64,000 nucleotides of DNA from a virus. Its lineage: Duplodnaviria > Caudoviricetes. The translations under genes and the position numbers were made by a program. The DNA is taken from positions 32,001 to 96,000 of IMG/VR virus record IMGVR_UViG_3300035208_005087; one strand, written 5' to 3'. Shown here one piece after another: positions 8,794 through 19,129 of the stretch. Every line of letters begins with the position of its first letter. Positions within the stretch are counted from its first letter, which is position 1. The notes beneath the pieces were generated by a model. The model was not told where the DNA came from. It made no database searches and saw only the letters and a list, made by a program, of their open reading frames with translations.

Positions 8794-11700
8794 CGGTCGC
8801 CTCCCTAATCATCTTTTTTAATGGCACAATAGAAGACAGTACTCCTAAAGTCTTGTGCAAAAGGCGGTTCATCCACACCTTTCTATTGTAAGACAACCTT
8901 TCTCCACCCTCCCCAAACTGAGTCCTAAGCTGTCCTTCCCTTGTCACTAACCAACCTTTTTCCGCACCCAATACATTGGCCCTGCTCTGTTGTCTATCCC
9001 TCTCTTGCATTAACTCATAATCAGAAATCACATAGTATACCATATCCCCCTTTACACCAAAAGGTACAATATAGGGGGACCCAACTGTCAAGTTTTTATT
9101 AACAGTTAACAAAGCCCCGTAGGGGGTATCCAGTGGGAAGGTAGTACTAAACTGCACAGCACTATTAAAGCTGTTTAGCGCTGCTATAAGGTTCCCTAGT
9201 GTGCTGTACAGCCCGTATGAGTACGTTTGAGATGTAGACGGCCCCGTTATAGTCATACTGAAGATATTTGAGGAAAGACTATACCCAGGGGCTGTCACAA
9301 CCACTGTAAGTGCATCCTCCATACGAAAACCCTCCGTAGTAGACGAGGAGTACCCTTCTCCTACCAAGGTGTTATCCCACACACCATAAGGGTGCGGTAC
9401 ATAAGACCCTATGATGTTGCCGTTGTTTAAATACCCAGGGAAAACCACTAGGTTACTCCCGCCCGCTCCTAACGGTACCGAGGGGTCCTTTGTTTTATCC
9501 CCAAAGAGTACCCTAGGGTCGTATCCCTCTGTCTTTTGATTTAGCGCATCGAATAGAACCACCGCCTGCCCCGTTGCATCGTAAGCCTGACTTATCACGT
9601 CCTGTACATCGTCCCTAGCGAGAACCCCTTCTTCAAAAGCACAGATGTATTTCCCCTCGTCCGCCTCCAGATCCTCTAGTGTATCTTCGTCTCCCTCGGT
9701 AACTGTTTCTGTCCCCTCTAGCCTGGTAGTATATTCATCCTCGGCTAATACAGCCTGGGCGTGAGTAATACCTATAGCCGATGAAGCGTCCGTTTCCTCT
9801 GAAAGTTCTTCAGCACCCTCCTTCGCCTCTCCCAGTTTAATGTATAACCTGTTCGCAAGAGCTTGCGCTTCTTCTACCTTCGTCGTAAGAACGTCCTTGT
9901 TCGCTTGAGTACCCCTTTGTATTTTATTCGATATGGCTAATAGACCTTCGATGGTGTCCTTAACACTCAATCTTTTAGACCGCTCCATGTCATACAAAGA
10001 GATGCATGAGTAACTGTTCTGAGAACCTTTGTATATAACACCTTTGACAAAGCCTAGGTCTAGGGCCTCCCAGCTTGGTACCCGCACCCACGCTAAGGGA
10101 TTCCGGGACCTCAATACAAGTGTCCTTCTATACCCTGGTGTAGTCCCTGTGTCTGGAACCTCTAGGGGCCATAGCACCGACACCGCCTTATTTACTTCTG
10201 AAGCTAAACCATCCCACTTATACACCTCTTCTACGGTTACGATAAAGTGCGGGGCCATCTCCTCATTCAATTTACTGGCTATTTCCTCTAACGACCAATA
10301 TCTACTTAACAGGGGCGGTACTATACCCATTACCTCGTTTTCAAAAGAGACCTCGTGTACTTCCCATGTGCCTCCGTCATCTGTAGATTGTTGGATATAA
10401 AATTTTGTAGCAGGGTCTGTGCTCTGTATGAGCACTCTCTGGCCCAAAGAGCTTATGAGCATAGCTCCTATATTTCCTTTGTCGTCTGCAAAGCCTATAT
10501 TCCAGGGGTCTTGTCGGATCACTTCGTACGGGATACCCTCAAAGATGTCTAAGTCGGGAGGCGGGGTACTTCCCGCCCCTGGTATCTCTGTGCTAACCCT
10601 AACCGTTGTTGAAGATAATATTTCCTCTATTTCAAATAGCTCTGTCACGCCCTGTATTTTTATCTTATCCCCTACAGAAACACCCTTAGTGTCCTTATCA
10701 AAATTAGCATACAGGCTGTACACCCTGCCGGACCCACCCTCATTGTACACAGCACAGGTATCAAAAGGCGTGTAACTCTCCGCAAACCGCCCATCCCCTA
10801 ACGGGGCGTCCTTAGCATAGTTCAATGGAAAAAATTTAGACACCCCAAAAGTGCTTTGATGATTTACATCGTACCATGTATATATATCACCCCCTCGGGT
10901 GTTGCCAATAACAAAACCCTTCAGTGCTTCAAACTCTTTGGAAAAGGATTGCATCCTCGTTCTATAATACTCAGCGATTTTCCACAGTAAAGTGGCAGTA
11001 AGATATAAGTCTCGTACCAAAGAAAAATTATCCTCCTGCACCCCTTTCAATAAACCAGTACTACTGTCTGCGGACATCCCGGCACTCCCCTGTGTCTGGG
11101 GTCCCCTTAGTGCTTCTTTTTTCTTTTCCAGATAAGGAAGCACCCATGCGCCTAAGTAGTCCCACTCTTCTTTTGTCTCTATGATGAACTGGTCTCGTGC
11201 TAGGTAATCGGTCGTGACTCTGAGCTGTGTGCCTTGTGATATGCCTACAAACCGTTTTCCTTTTACCTCTATAGCACCGGTTACCTGGCGGGGGCACGCA
11301 TAGGACAAGAAGTAGCGGGCACCTTCTTCATGCCCTTCGTTGAGCACTATTACGCCACCCTCAGCTAAGACATAATCGGTTTCGTTCTTCAAAAATTCTC
11401 GGGTACTGTCCTGCTGCCTTATTATGGTAGGTAGGACCCTCAGGGTATAGGGCAACTGTTTAGGGTTAAAACCTTGTTCTATAGGAAAGATACTCTCCGC
11501 TGAGATGTCTCCTATATCAGCCCCTTGGAGATATTCAAAGACCACCCCTGGTACCCCTGTCTCTATATCCTCTAGGACTTCTTCTAAACTTCTACCTACT
11601 AGGGTGTAAGGGCCATATGTTACATCCGCAACACCCTCCTCCCTTTTGGTTAAGATTAATCCCTCCTGATTTTGGGATATGGAGAATCGGGTCGGAGGTG

Positions 11701-14107
11701 AATTCTCTTCCAGGGTGTACCCTATAATAACCGCTGGTACCGGTGTGTTTAGCAAGGGAAAAGCCGGTATCAGAATGTTGTCACCCTCTTCATAAAGGGG
11801 CTTTTCTGATATGAGGACACCCACCCCTTGCTTCACTTCTTTGGCCAAAGGGGGTGTTACCCCCAATAAGGTGTTTCCCCCTACAGAGGTTTTTGAGGTA
11901 ACATAATATACCCCGGCGTTTTCTACATCTACTAGGCACCCTGGGCGGCAAGGTGCTTCCCCTACTAAGGTGATTTCACTAGCTCCCCCAGGGGAACCTT
12001 CTGCATTATACACCGAGGTTAAAAAGACTAAGGGTTCGTCGGATACCATATATGCCAAGGTGCCTACGGTATTCCCTACTTCTTGATAAAAGGTAACCCT
12101 AGTGTTTAAACCATCCATATCTTCTTTTTGGGCAACTCTTACATACTCTTTTATAGCAGGGTTCGTCCTGCTATAAAACTTTATGATGCTCCCCGTCTCT
12201 ACTGGCACATCCGCTGGGGAGGCACTCTCCCATACCTTACTAGAGACCCCCGCTGTAAGCGTGTTTGAGTAGCGAACTAAAGGGGCGAATGGGAGGGATC
12301 CTGTCTCTATAGAAAAGGAAACAAAAGCATGCCCCCATTGGGCTAACCTTGGTAGACCTTCTTCTATAAAAAGTATTTGTGCATCCTTGTGTTGTTTAAC
12401 TTTATCTCGGTAATTAAAGGTGCTCCCTCCGGGTAAAACTACCCCCAATATATCAGCATCCTCCCGAATTGGGAAAGTAATGGTGTTTTTATCAATAGCA
12501 GCTAAAGGTAGCCCCACTACGCGGATGGCAAAAGAGCTCTGAGAGAACGCCTTGACGTATGCCTCTACAGCTAATGCAGGAGAATACGTTACCTGTATTT
12601 TATCTATTTGGGATACGAGTTCCTCCTTAAGAGATATCACCCCGTTTGTGTGCATCACCTGATAATCCCTACCCTCTTGTAGTATTTCCCTTTTGGACCC
12701 TTTCCCCTTATGGACTTCCACGAATACTGTTCCGGGTATGATGGGAAAGGCCTTCGTCCGTAGGGTAGGCGCCCTTTCCACCAACACGGATTCTTCCAAG
12801 GATGCCCCTTGTACTAAATAGGATATCCTAAGGGTTTCATTTTCTTGTATACCATTGATCAGGTAGAGGGCACCATTTTCTGTATTTACCGAAAAGTCCT
12901 CCCCCTCTCTTAGGTCTTTTTCCCCTTCAAAATCTTCTGCGATAGCGTCTTCCCACGATACTACCGCTTTCTTTACAGATAACCCCGAGTAAAACAACCC
13001 CTTGTCAGTTAGCACCGCCCCTACCAAAGGTTCTGCACTTTTTCTATCAAACACAGCGACACTCCCAGATAACCCGTCCCCGAAAAAGTCAACATTTGGG
13101 ACCAACTCGGTACTCCCTTCCGTTACTGTCAGAGATTCTGCCCATACATTGGTTATAGCACCATCACTATCCGTAGGGGCTATGATCCCCTTAAAGTCTT
13201 GAACACTCTCCTCATACTCGTAGTCCTCTAACAGATGTATGTTAGCTACAGAGGCCTCCTCAGGTAAAGGCAAGTACCCATCAAAGATAGGGTTAGGAGT
13301 GTACGATAACAGATAGTCCTCCCCAAAGACCAATTCTCCCCCTTGCAACCCTATGGTTAATTTAGAGAGATCCTGAGGTCTTGTTAAATTTGAGGGATAA
13401 GGTACCGGGGTAAAAGTCTCTATGAGCTTGTCGGCACTAGCCGGCGGAAGAAGTTTAGAAACAATCCCTACTATGTTAATATCTGCCTGACCCTCTTCGT
13501 TGCTCCCTGGTATATTGTAATAAGAAACACCGTTCCGGAAGGAGACTAAGGACTCATCCCCCTTTGTGTCGTGCGGGCCGCTCCGTGTCGCTCCCGATTC
13601 TAGCACATACGCCCCTGTTTTGTCGTCAAAAGAAAAAGAGGTTACAGCTTCTGTGTTCCTATAACTATACAGTTTCGCCCTGCCAAACTTCAACTTAAAA
13701 GACTGGGCTTCTCCCGTTGTGGTCTCCCCTTCAAATGCGCTTTTTAAAAGCAACTCTGTATTTGATACCTTTACCTGTATAACATAAACGATCCCCCCCG
13801 TAGCGGGTCTTATAAAATCCCCAGCCTCTATCCCAGAGAACCCGTTGGCAACAGTGGTGGACACTGTCTGGGTCCCTTCAGTAAAGGTAACAGTAGCTAC
13901 CACACTAGATGTATCTAAAGTTATCTCCGATTGTATGAGGTATGTTCCTGGAGTTTCTGTATCTGACCCCTCCGGGGTATTAGTAAACAGAAGACCTGAT
14001 TGTGGATTGTTTAGTCGATTACGAAGAGCGTTCCTAACGACCCTGTTCTCCAGTTTATTCAATCCATTTATTTTCCTTAAATCATCCACGGTCATTCTCC
14101 TTGACAA
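8783..14107 (-). CDS. Large virion (baseplate-associated) structural protein (1774 aa) with repeated beta-sandwich modules and a C-terminal coiled coil
   Basis: Size and position after the spike; repeats such as LREGEDFSVNTENGALYL, LQEGRDYQVMHTNGVISL, LKNETDYVLAEGGVIVL. Confidence 0.75.
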   Translation of the reverse strand: MSRRMTVDDLRKINGLNKLENRVVRNALRNRLNNPQSGLLFTNTPEGSDTETPGTYLIQSEITLDTSSVVATVTFTEGTQTVSTTVANGFSGIEAGDFIRPATGGIVYVIQVKVSNTELLLKSAFEGETTTGEAQSFKLKFGRAKLYSYRNTEAVTSFSFDDKTGAYVLESGATRSGPHDTKGDESLVSFRNGVSYYNIPGSNEEGQADINIVGIVSKLLPPASADKLIETFTPVPYPSNLTRPQDLSKLTIGLQGGELVFGEDYLLSYTPNPIFDGYLPLPEEASVANIHLLEDYEYEESVQDFKGIIAPTDSDGAITNVWAESLTVTEGSTELVPNVDFFGDGLSGSVAVFDRKSAEPLVGAVLTDKGLFYSGLSVKKAVVSWEDAIAEDFEGEKDLREGEDFSVNTENGALYLINGIQENETLRISYLVQGASLEESVLVERAPTLRTKAFPIIPGTVFVEVHKGKGSKREILQEGRDYQVMHTNGVISLKEELVSQIDKIQVTYSPALAVEAYVKAFSQSSFAIRVVGLPLAAIDKNTITFPIREDADILGVVLPGGSTFNYRDKVKQHKDAQILFIEEGLPRLAQWGHAFVSFSIETGSLPFAPLVRYSNTLTAGVSSKVWESASPADVPVETGSIIKFYSRTNPAIKEYVRVAQKEDMDGLNTRVTFYQEVGNTVGTLAYMVSDEPLVFLTSVYNAEGSPGGASEITLVGEAPCRPGCLVDVENAGVYYVTSKTSVGGNTLLGVTPPLAKEVKQGVGVLISEKPLYEEGDNILIPAFPLLNTPVPAVIIGYTLEENSPPTRFSISQNQEGLILTKREEGVADVTYGPYTLVGRSLEEVLEDIETGVPGVVFEYLQGADIGDISAESIFPIEQGFNPKQLPYTLRVLPTIIRQQDSTREFLKNETDYVLAEGGVIVLNEGHEEGARYFLSYACPRQVTGAIEVKGKRFVGISQGTQLRVTTDYLARDQFIIETKEEWDYLGAWVLPYLEKKKEALRGPQTQGSAGMSADSSTGLLKGVQEDNFSLVRDLYLTATLLWKIAEYYRTRMQSFSKEFEALKGFVIGNTRGGDIYTWYDVNHQSTFGVSKFFPLNYAKDAPLGDGRFAESYTPFDTCAVYNEGGSGRVYSLYANFDKDTKGVSVGDKIKIQGVTELFEIEEILSSTTVRVSTEIPGAGSTPPPDLDIFEGIPYEVIRQDPWNIGFADDKGNIGAMLISSLGQRVLIQSTDPATKFYIQQSTDDGGTWEVHEVSFENEVMGIVPPLLSRYWSLEEIASKLNEEMAPHFIVTVEEVYKWDGLASEVNKAVSVLWPLEVPDTGTTPGYRRTLVLRSRNPLAWVRVPSWEALDLGFVKGVIYKGSQNSYSCISLYDMERSKRLSVKDTIEGLLAISNKIQRGTQANKDVLTTKVEEAQALANRLYIKLGEAKEGAEELSEETDASSAIGITHAQAVLAEDEYTTRLEGTETVTEGDEDTLEDLEADEGKYICAFEEGVLARDDVQDVISQAYDATGQAVVLFDALNQKTEGYDPRVLFGDKTKDPSVPLGAGGSNLVVFPGYLNNGNIIGSYVPHPYGVWDNTLVGEGYSSSTTEGFRMEDALTVVVTAPGYSLSSNIFSMTITGPSTSQTYSYGLYSTLGNLIAALNSFNSAVQFSTTFPLDTPYGALLTVNKNLTVGSPYIVPFGVKGDMVYYVISDYELMQERDRQQSRANVLGAEKGWLVTREGQLRTQFGEGGERLSYNRKVWMNRLLHKTLGVLSSIVPLKKMIREATGDE

Positions 14108-14112
14108 AGCTA

Positions 14113-14709
14113 CTACATAAAACTAGCTAAAAAACCTGTGGCTGCGGGAGCAACACTAGGTGTTCCAATTATAGTAAAACCCGGTACTACTAAAGATAAA
14201 TTTAGGGTATTACACACACCCTCCGCTATGGCCAGAGACCATCTATCCCTATCCTGCCCTAATGCTCCATATGTTGCCATGGTAGATGTTAACTGAGCAT
14301 AAAATGTTGCTGCATTAAATAATGTAGCTTTCCCTGAGCCAGCACCTACTCCTACCCCAGGGGATATCCCCGTCAATACTAGAAGGGGCAAACTACTAAC
14401 AATCCCGGTACTTATCGCCACACACTTCCTGGCCACCCCTGTACCTACTAGCCCTTTACTGGCTGCAGCCAGTGTTATGGCATTAGACATCGCCTGAGGT
14501 ACCACTCCTGTCGGGGGTGTTGACACCCCTATAGCACCTGCACCCGCCGTACCAGTGGCCATTACCTGGACAGTACCTGGTAACAAGAATTGGGTGCTGC
14601 AAGTCATAGCTATGGCGCCTGCCACCTTAGTGAGGTCAGCCCCTACTAACCCCAAAGAGGCCCCTGTGGCCACGATAGTGTTGCTCACGACTGCTGCAGG
14701 AAAAGGCAT
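14113..14709 (-). CDS. Small Gly/Ala/Thr-rich hydrophobic virion protein, spike-adjacent (198 aa)
   Basis: ORF immediately downstream of the spike gene; very few charged residues. Confidence 0.65.
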   Translation of the reverse strand: MPFPAAVVSNTIVATGASLGLVGADLTKVAGAIAMTCSTQFLLPGTVQVMATGTAGAGAIGVSTPPTGVVPQAMSNAITLAAASKGLVGTGVARKCVAISTGIVSSLPLLVLTGISPGVGVGAGSGKATLFNAATFYAQLTSTMATYGALGQDRDRWSLAIAEGVCNTLNLSLVVPGFTIIGTPSVAPAATGFLASFM

Positions 14710-14710
14710 T

Positions 14711-16753
14711 CTATAACCCCGCCTTCACTTTAAAAGAGGGTATTAAAGGTGCCCCTGTCATATAATCTTTATGTGATAAAAAAGTGATCACCCCTGACCT
14801 TGTCGCTACATCTCCTAAACCCACTAAAGGTGCATTTATATCTGCCGACACTAGAGCTTTAATAGAAACTTGGGTGCCTCCCAATGTCACTGTGCCCGCC
14901 TTGGTCTGCATGGCTATATTACCCGCCCCCACAGATACTCCATAGTTACCTGCCGAGATATTGACATCATAGCTACCGGCTGTAACCTTATCCTCTATCT
15001 TCCCCGCGACTACCGACCTTTCTATATTACCGGCCAGTACCACAGTAGTGTGGTTACCCTTTAAAATCTCAGTAGAATCATCTCCTAGTAGTATCTTCTT
15101 CTCGTCACTGCCTTTTACAATTTTCTCTGTTCTTTTTGCAGTCTGGATTTTTATCTCATTTAGGGCGTTCACGGCGAATGACCCAGCGGTATTTATAGAC
15201 TTATCGCCTATGATAGCCTCTTCTGAGGATCCTCCTACACTCACTTTTCGGGACGCTCCTATCTGTTCTACGAGATTCCCCCCTATGTCCTTTTCCACAT
15301 TACTCGAGACTTCTTCTCGTGTGTGGCCCGCCACCCTGTCTATCTTTTTGTATTTACTTCGGGCACTAAAATTTAAAGGAGACCCGTCTAGAGCCACAAG
15401 AACATTCTCATCCCAGGAACTGTCAAAACCATACTCTGTGTATGAACCGTTCTGTAAACGAAGGAACATGCTTCGGGATACCGTATTTTTTGAGGGGTTC
15501 TCCAAGGAACCTCCGATGTCCCAGCGTACTGCTCCCTTACAGTAAGTGTCCCAAGATAAGCCTTTATCCAGGGACGCACCCCATTCCTCTCGTTTCCCTC
15601 CCCTAGCTACTAGAAAGTGAGAAAGCCCTGGAGTCCCGCTGCGAGAGACCCCTAGGTATGTGTGAAGGGCGCCTTCTTTATCTTGCCCAAAGAAACCTTT
15701 GTCTGGGATATGAAACGCCCACGCTACCCCCCTTCTACCTAGGGTGTCCTCATCCCCAGAAGGCGTTAACGCGTCAAACTGTAGGCTACCCGTCCCTTTT
15801 ATGTCTTTCAAAAAAGCTGGAGCTAAGAATTTACCGTAAGTCTTGATATCGTTGGGATTGTTCCCTACCATATTCGCGAGCAGAAAGATTGTGCTGGGGG
15901 TCCTTACCGATGTCTCGATACCCTCGTTTACATCATTAACTATCTTATCCAAGATATTTGAATCTTCTACCTCTAGCCTATACTCATTGTATACCCGGCC
16001 CTTGTATGCATATTTCCCGCCGATGTACACACTGGAGGTACCATCCGCATGCATCACCCTTGTGGCTTCGAGGCTGGGATCTCTTTCTCCAAAAGTCTCG
16101 AAGTCTAAGCTATTTCTTTGTATAGGTCCCGCCGATCTCCATATCCCGTTAGCAAACACATAGTTTTGCTGAGATGTACTAATGGCACTCCCATCCGGGC
16201 GTAGCCTTATTGAGTTACCCATAGAGTCAGAGAGTTCTGCCCCTTCATCCAAAAACAATTCCGACCCTTGCGCCGATGCCCACCGGCCTTCTCCCGGACG
16301 TAACCTTCTTAATTTCGCCGGCTGTATTCTATTTGTCTCTAGGATGTCATCAGAAACTTCCTTGGGGTATAAGGAAAGCAGTTCGCACCCATAGGCGAAT
16401 TCAGGTTGGGGGACAAAAAAGTACAAGGGAATAGGCCCCATCTCGGACCTTATAAGAACCACGAGAGCCCCTATCTCAGGACATATACCGGCAAACCCCG
16501 CTGGGCCCACATACCCCGTCCACATACTAATATCCGTCAATATCTGAGTAGACCCTTGTACCTTCACGTCCATGGTGCCCATCTCTGAGTTGACACGGGC
16601 CACCTCTGCCATAAAGAGTTCTTTACCCCACTCCTTCCTCGCAGCCTTAGAGGCCTTCTCTCCTTTAAAATAGTGGGCACCTTCCCCTTCCGGGAGGCTC
16701 TTATTGTTTACAATATTCTTGACATTGGTATTAACTGGTATCTGCTTTTTCAT
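14711..16753 (-). CDS. Central baseplate spike, T4 gp5/VgrG/gpV-like (680 aa)
   Basis: N-terminal OB-fold motif (AEVARVN...GFAGICPEIGALVVL) and C-terminal beta-helix repeats (ILLGDDSTEILKGNHTTVVLAGNIERSVVAGKIEDKVTAGSYDVNISAGNY). Confidence 0.85.
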   Translation of the reverse strand: MKKQIPVNTNVKNIVNNKSLPEGEGAHYFKGEKASKAARKEWGKELFMAEVARVNSEMGTMDVKVQGSTQILTDISMWTGYVGPAGFAGICPEIGALVVLIRSEMGPIPLYFFVPQPEFAYGCELLSLYPKEVSDDILETNRIQPAKLRRLRPGEGRWASAQGSELFLDEGAELSDSMGNSIRLRPDGSAISTSQQNYVFANGIWRSAGPIQRNSLDFETFGERDPSLEATRVMHADGTSSVYIGGKYAYKGRVYNEYRLEVEDSNILDKIVNDVNEGIETSVRTPSTIFLLANMVGNNPNDIKTYGKFLAPAFLKDIKGTGSLQFDALTPSGDEDTLGRRGVAWAFHIPDKGFFGQDKEGALHTYLGVSRSGTPGLSHFLVARGGKREEWGASLDKGLSWDTYCKGAVRWDIGGSLENPSKNTVSRSMFLRLQNGSYTEYGFDSSWDENVLVALDGSPLNFSARSKYKKIDRVAGHTREEVSSNVEKDIGGNLVEQIGASRKVSVGGSSEEAIIGDKSINTAGSFAVNALNEIKIQTAKRTEKIVKGSDEKKILLGDDSTEILKGNHTTVVLAGNIERSVVAGKIEDKVTAGSYDVNISAGNYGVSVGAGNIAMQTKAGTVTLGGTQVSIKALVSADINAPLVGLGDVATRSGVITFLSHKDYMTGAPLIPSFKVKAGL

Positions 16754-16763
16754 CTTATGGTAC

Positions 16764-19121
16764 CTATTCTATCTCGGAAACCTTTGTGGCTACTGTGTCT
16801 TCCCTGTTATCTACGGACCCTGTCGTGATTTCTGATCTTTCTTCTTCCCCAGTAATATTAGCAATTCTTTCTGCCAAGGTGCTTTGGCCGCTTTTAGAAT
16901 CCTTGATAGTGGTGTCTTCTCCTAGGATTAATGTCGCCCCGTACGGGAAACCCCCTATATGTTGGAACCCATTCACATCCGTAAACGGATGGGTATCATC
17001 AGTATATCTCACCAGTTCGGTAAGGGTGCCGTTTGCATATTGTTGTGTAAATGTTTCTTTTGTGGCATCTGCCGCCGCAGACTCGACCAACTGTGTGTAG
17101 GCCGCCGAGCGAACTACATTCCAAAAACCGGGATTTGGAGAGGATATAAGGTTATTAGTCTTAGCAAATTTCTCTAACGCCGAGGACTCCCTGCTGTACA
17201 CATCGTTTGGTGATGCCTCTTTTCTTGTACCCTTCTCCACCTCTGATATGGCCTCCGCCTCTAAATTTTTTTGGGTGTCTTTGGCTTTATACCTTCGGTC
17301 CACATCCTTAGCCTGTTCCTTCGCATCTCTCGCTTCTGTCTCCGCCTTGTATATATACCCCTTGAGCAAGCGGCCCTGGTCGTCATATACTCTCTCCCTT
17401 TTAGCGGACAATGTCAGGGTCGTAGAGGCCTTGGACCCGAAGGATATACTGTGCTGTATCCCTTTTATATAATAGTAAACATCCATGTGCTCGATATATA
17501 CGGGATACCCCAGACGAAGTTCCGGCCTGCAAGCTATAGTTATAGTTGCTGAGAAAACATTAGAATTGGCCTTGGCCATCTCTGAACACGCCATCGCCCT
17601 TAATGACTTAGGGTTACTACCGAATGTAAGGTTTACTGTTTTTTCCCGTATACCAAATCTCTCCATTAGAGCAAAGTCCACGTGGTACGCAACGTACGGA
17701 GTGATTTTTCCTGTTTGAATGATGGGGCCCGTCACTTCTAAATATGTGACGACATTAGTGCTATCCTCCGCGATATCCATGCTTTCTATGTCTTCCGCCT
17801 TTATTGTGTATATCGTGTTCCTAGATACATCCATATTATAAAAAGGAGGCTTAAACACAAACATACCATTAGGGTCTTGGTAGAACTCAAAATTTATACT
17901 ACCCGCTACGTATGAAGCCATCTCTAACTTAGTCATTCGGACCGGTTCATTGCCTACTTGGTATTCTTCGAAATTCGCAAAAGGTAAGGCCTCACCTATT
18001 AAATCGAACTGCACACTGAGCCCCACTCCCGGTTGTTGCAGATGCTTAGCCATATACACCAAGTCTCCTTGGTTGGCGGGGTCTGTGTTCTTACTTGAGA
18101 CTGTTTCCGCCTCTAGAACATCCTGTTGACTATTTTCCGCTGTATTATTGGACCCCTCCTGCCCAGGGTCTTGCCCCGTTACAGATACACCAGACGTACG
18201 GGCGTTAGCAGCCAATTTCTCCGCAATCTTGTTAGCCTCTACCAAATCAAAGTCTTGGGAGCTTTTGCTGATGTCTAGGGCGCCACTTACCCCGTACATC
18301 TCCAAATTAGACGTGAACCTTGGGTCAGCCCCGTTATTCGTATCTGTCTTTGTTGCAGAACCGAAACCATACCTATCATTCCAATCCTTAATTATCCCTC
18401 CAGCAATTAACTCGTAGGCTCCTGTATCTGTGCCATTATCATTAACTTGATAGGGCAGGGACAGAGGTGGTATCCCGTTTTCCGAGAAAGACGGAAACAC
18501 AAAATTCTCAAAAGAAGTTCTTTTGAATAAATTCAAAATTATTTCCCAGGGATTCATGAATCTATATATTGACCCAGCATGCCCCACTGCCGGTGCGCCA
18601 AAGCGTTGCTGTACCGGTGACGCCACCACATTCACTATCTGGTCCTCCCACCAACTGAGGGTATCCCGGCAGGATAAAGTTATCTGTGCCTCATTACCAT
18701 TAAAGGACTCATTGATAGTTCTCACAACCCCCCAAAAGGTGGGGTAATATATAGGGGTTCCATCTTTTCCTAGGTAGCGACCCTTCGTGTAGACCCTCAC
18801 CTCCATCATGGTTTGGAAGAACCCTATTTTAACCCCATTAGGCTGCGTTAAATAATAACTTTCATTCAAACTATCATACATAGGGCACACGAAGGAAATA
18901 GAACACGTGCCCGCCCCTGGTTGGGTTGCTGCAGAAGAGGTTATACCTGTTAGCCCCGATTTAAAGTCTAACTCTTTGGTGCGCGTTTCTACCGAGTTTA
19001 CTCTCGAGAGAAGCACCCTCGCACGGTCTTTGCCCATAACAAGAACGAAAGAGTCTGGACCAAGTTTAAGAACTTCCTTACTTTTGAATTCGTTTAGAGA
19101 GTAAATTCCTTTATTTGCCAC
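16764..19121 (-). CDS. Baseplate hub protein, gp27/gpD-like (785 aa)
   Basis: FEFYQDPNGMFVFKPPFYN, RFGIRE, RPELRLGYPVYI...YYIKGIQHSISFG...TTLTL. Sits between the tube initiators and the spike; GTG start after GAGG. Confidence 0.8.
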   Translation of the reverse strand: MANKGIYSLNEFKSKEVLKLGPDSFVLVMGKDRARVLLSRVNSVETRTKELDFKSGLTGITSSAATQPGAGTCSISFVCPMYDSLNESYYLTQPNGVKIGFFQTMMEVRVYTKGRYLGKDGTPIYYPTFWGVVRTINESFNGNEAQITLSCRDTLSWWEDQIVNVVASPVQQRFGAPAVGHAGSIYRFMNPWEIILNLFKRTSFENFVFPSFSENGIPPLSLPYQVNDNGTDTGAYELIAGGIIKDWNDRYGFGSATKTDTNNGADPRFTSNLEMYGVSGALDISKSSQDFDLVEANKIAEKLAANARTSGVSVTGQDPGQEGSNNTAENSQQDVLEAETVSSKNTDPANQGDLVYMAKHLQQPGVGLSVQFDLIGEALPFANFEEYQVGNEPVRMTKLEMASYVAGSINFEFYQDPNGMFVFKPPFYNMDVSRNTIYTIKAEDIESMDIAEDSTNVVTYLEVTGPIIQTGKITPYVAYHVDFALMERFGIREKTVNLTFGSNPKSLRAMACSEMAKANSNVFSATITIACRPELRLGYPVYIEHMDVYYYIKGIQHSISFGSKASTTLTLSAKRERVYDDQGRLLKGYIYKAETEARDAKEQAKDVDRRYKAKDTQKNLEAEAISEVEKGTRKEASPNDVYSRESSALEKFAKTNNLISSPNPGFWNVVRSAAYTQLVESAAADATKETFTQQYANGTLTELVRYTDDTHPFTDVNGFQHIGGFPYGATLILGEDTTIKDSKSGQSTLAERIANITGEEERSEITTGSVDNREDTVATKVSEIE

Positions 19122-19129
19122 GCTGTCCT

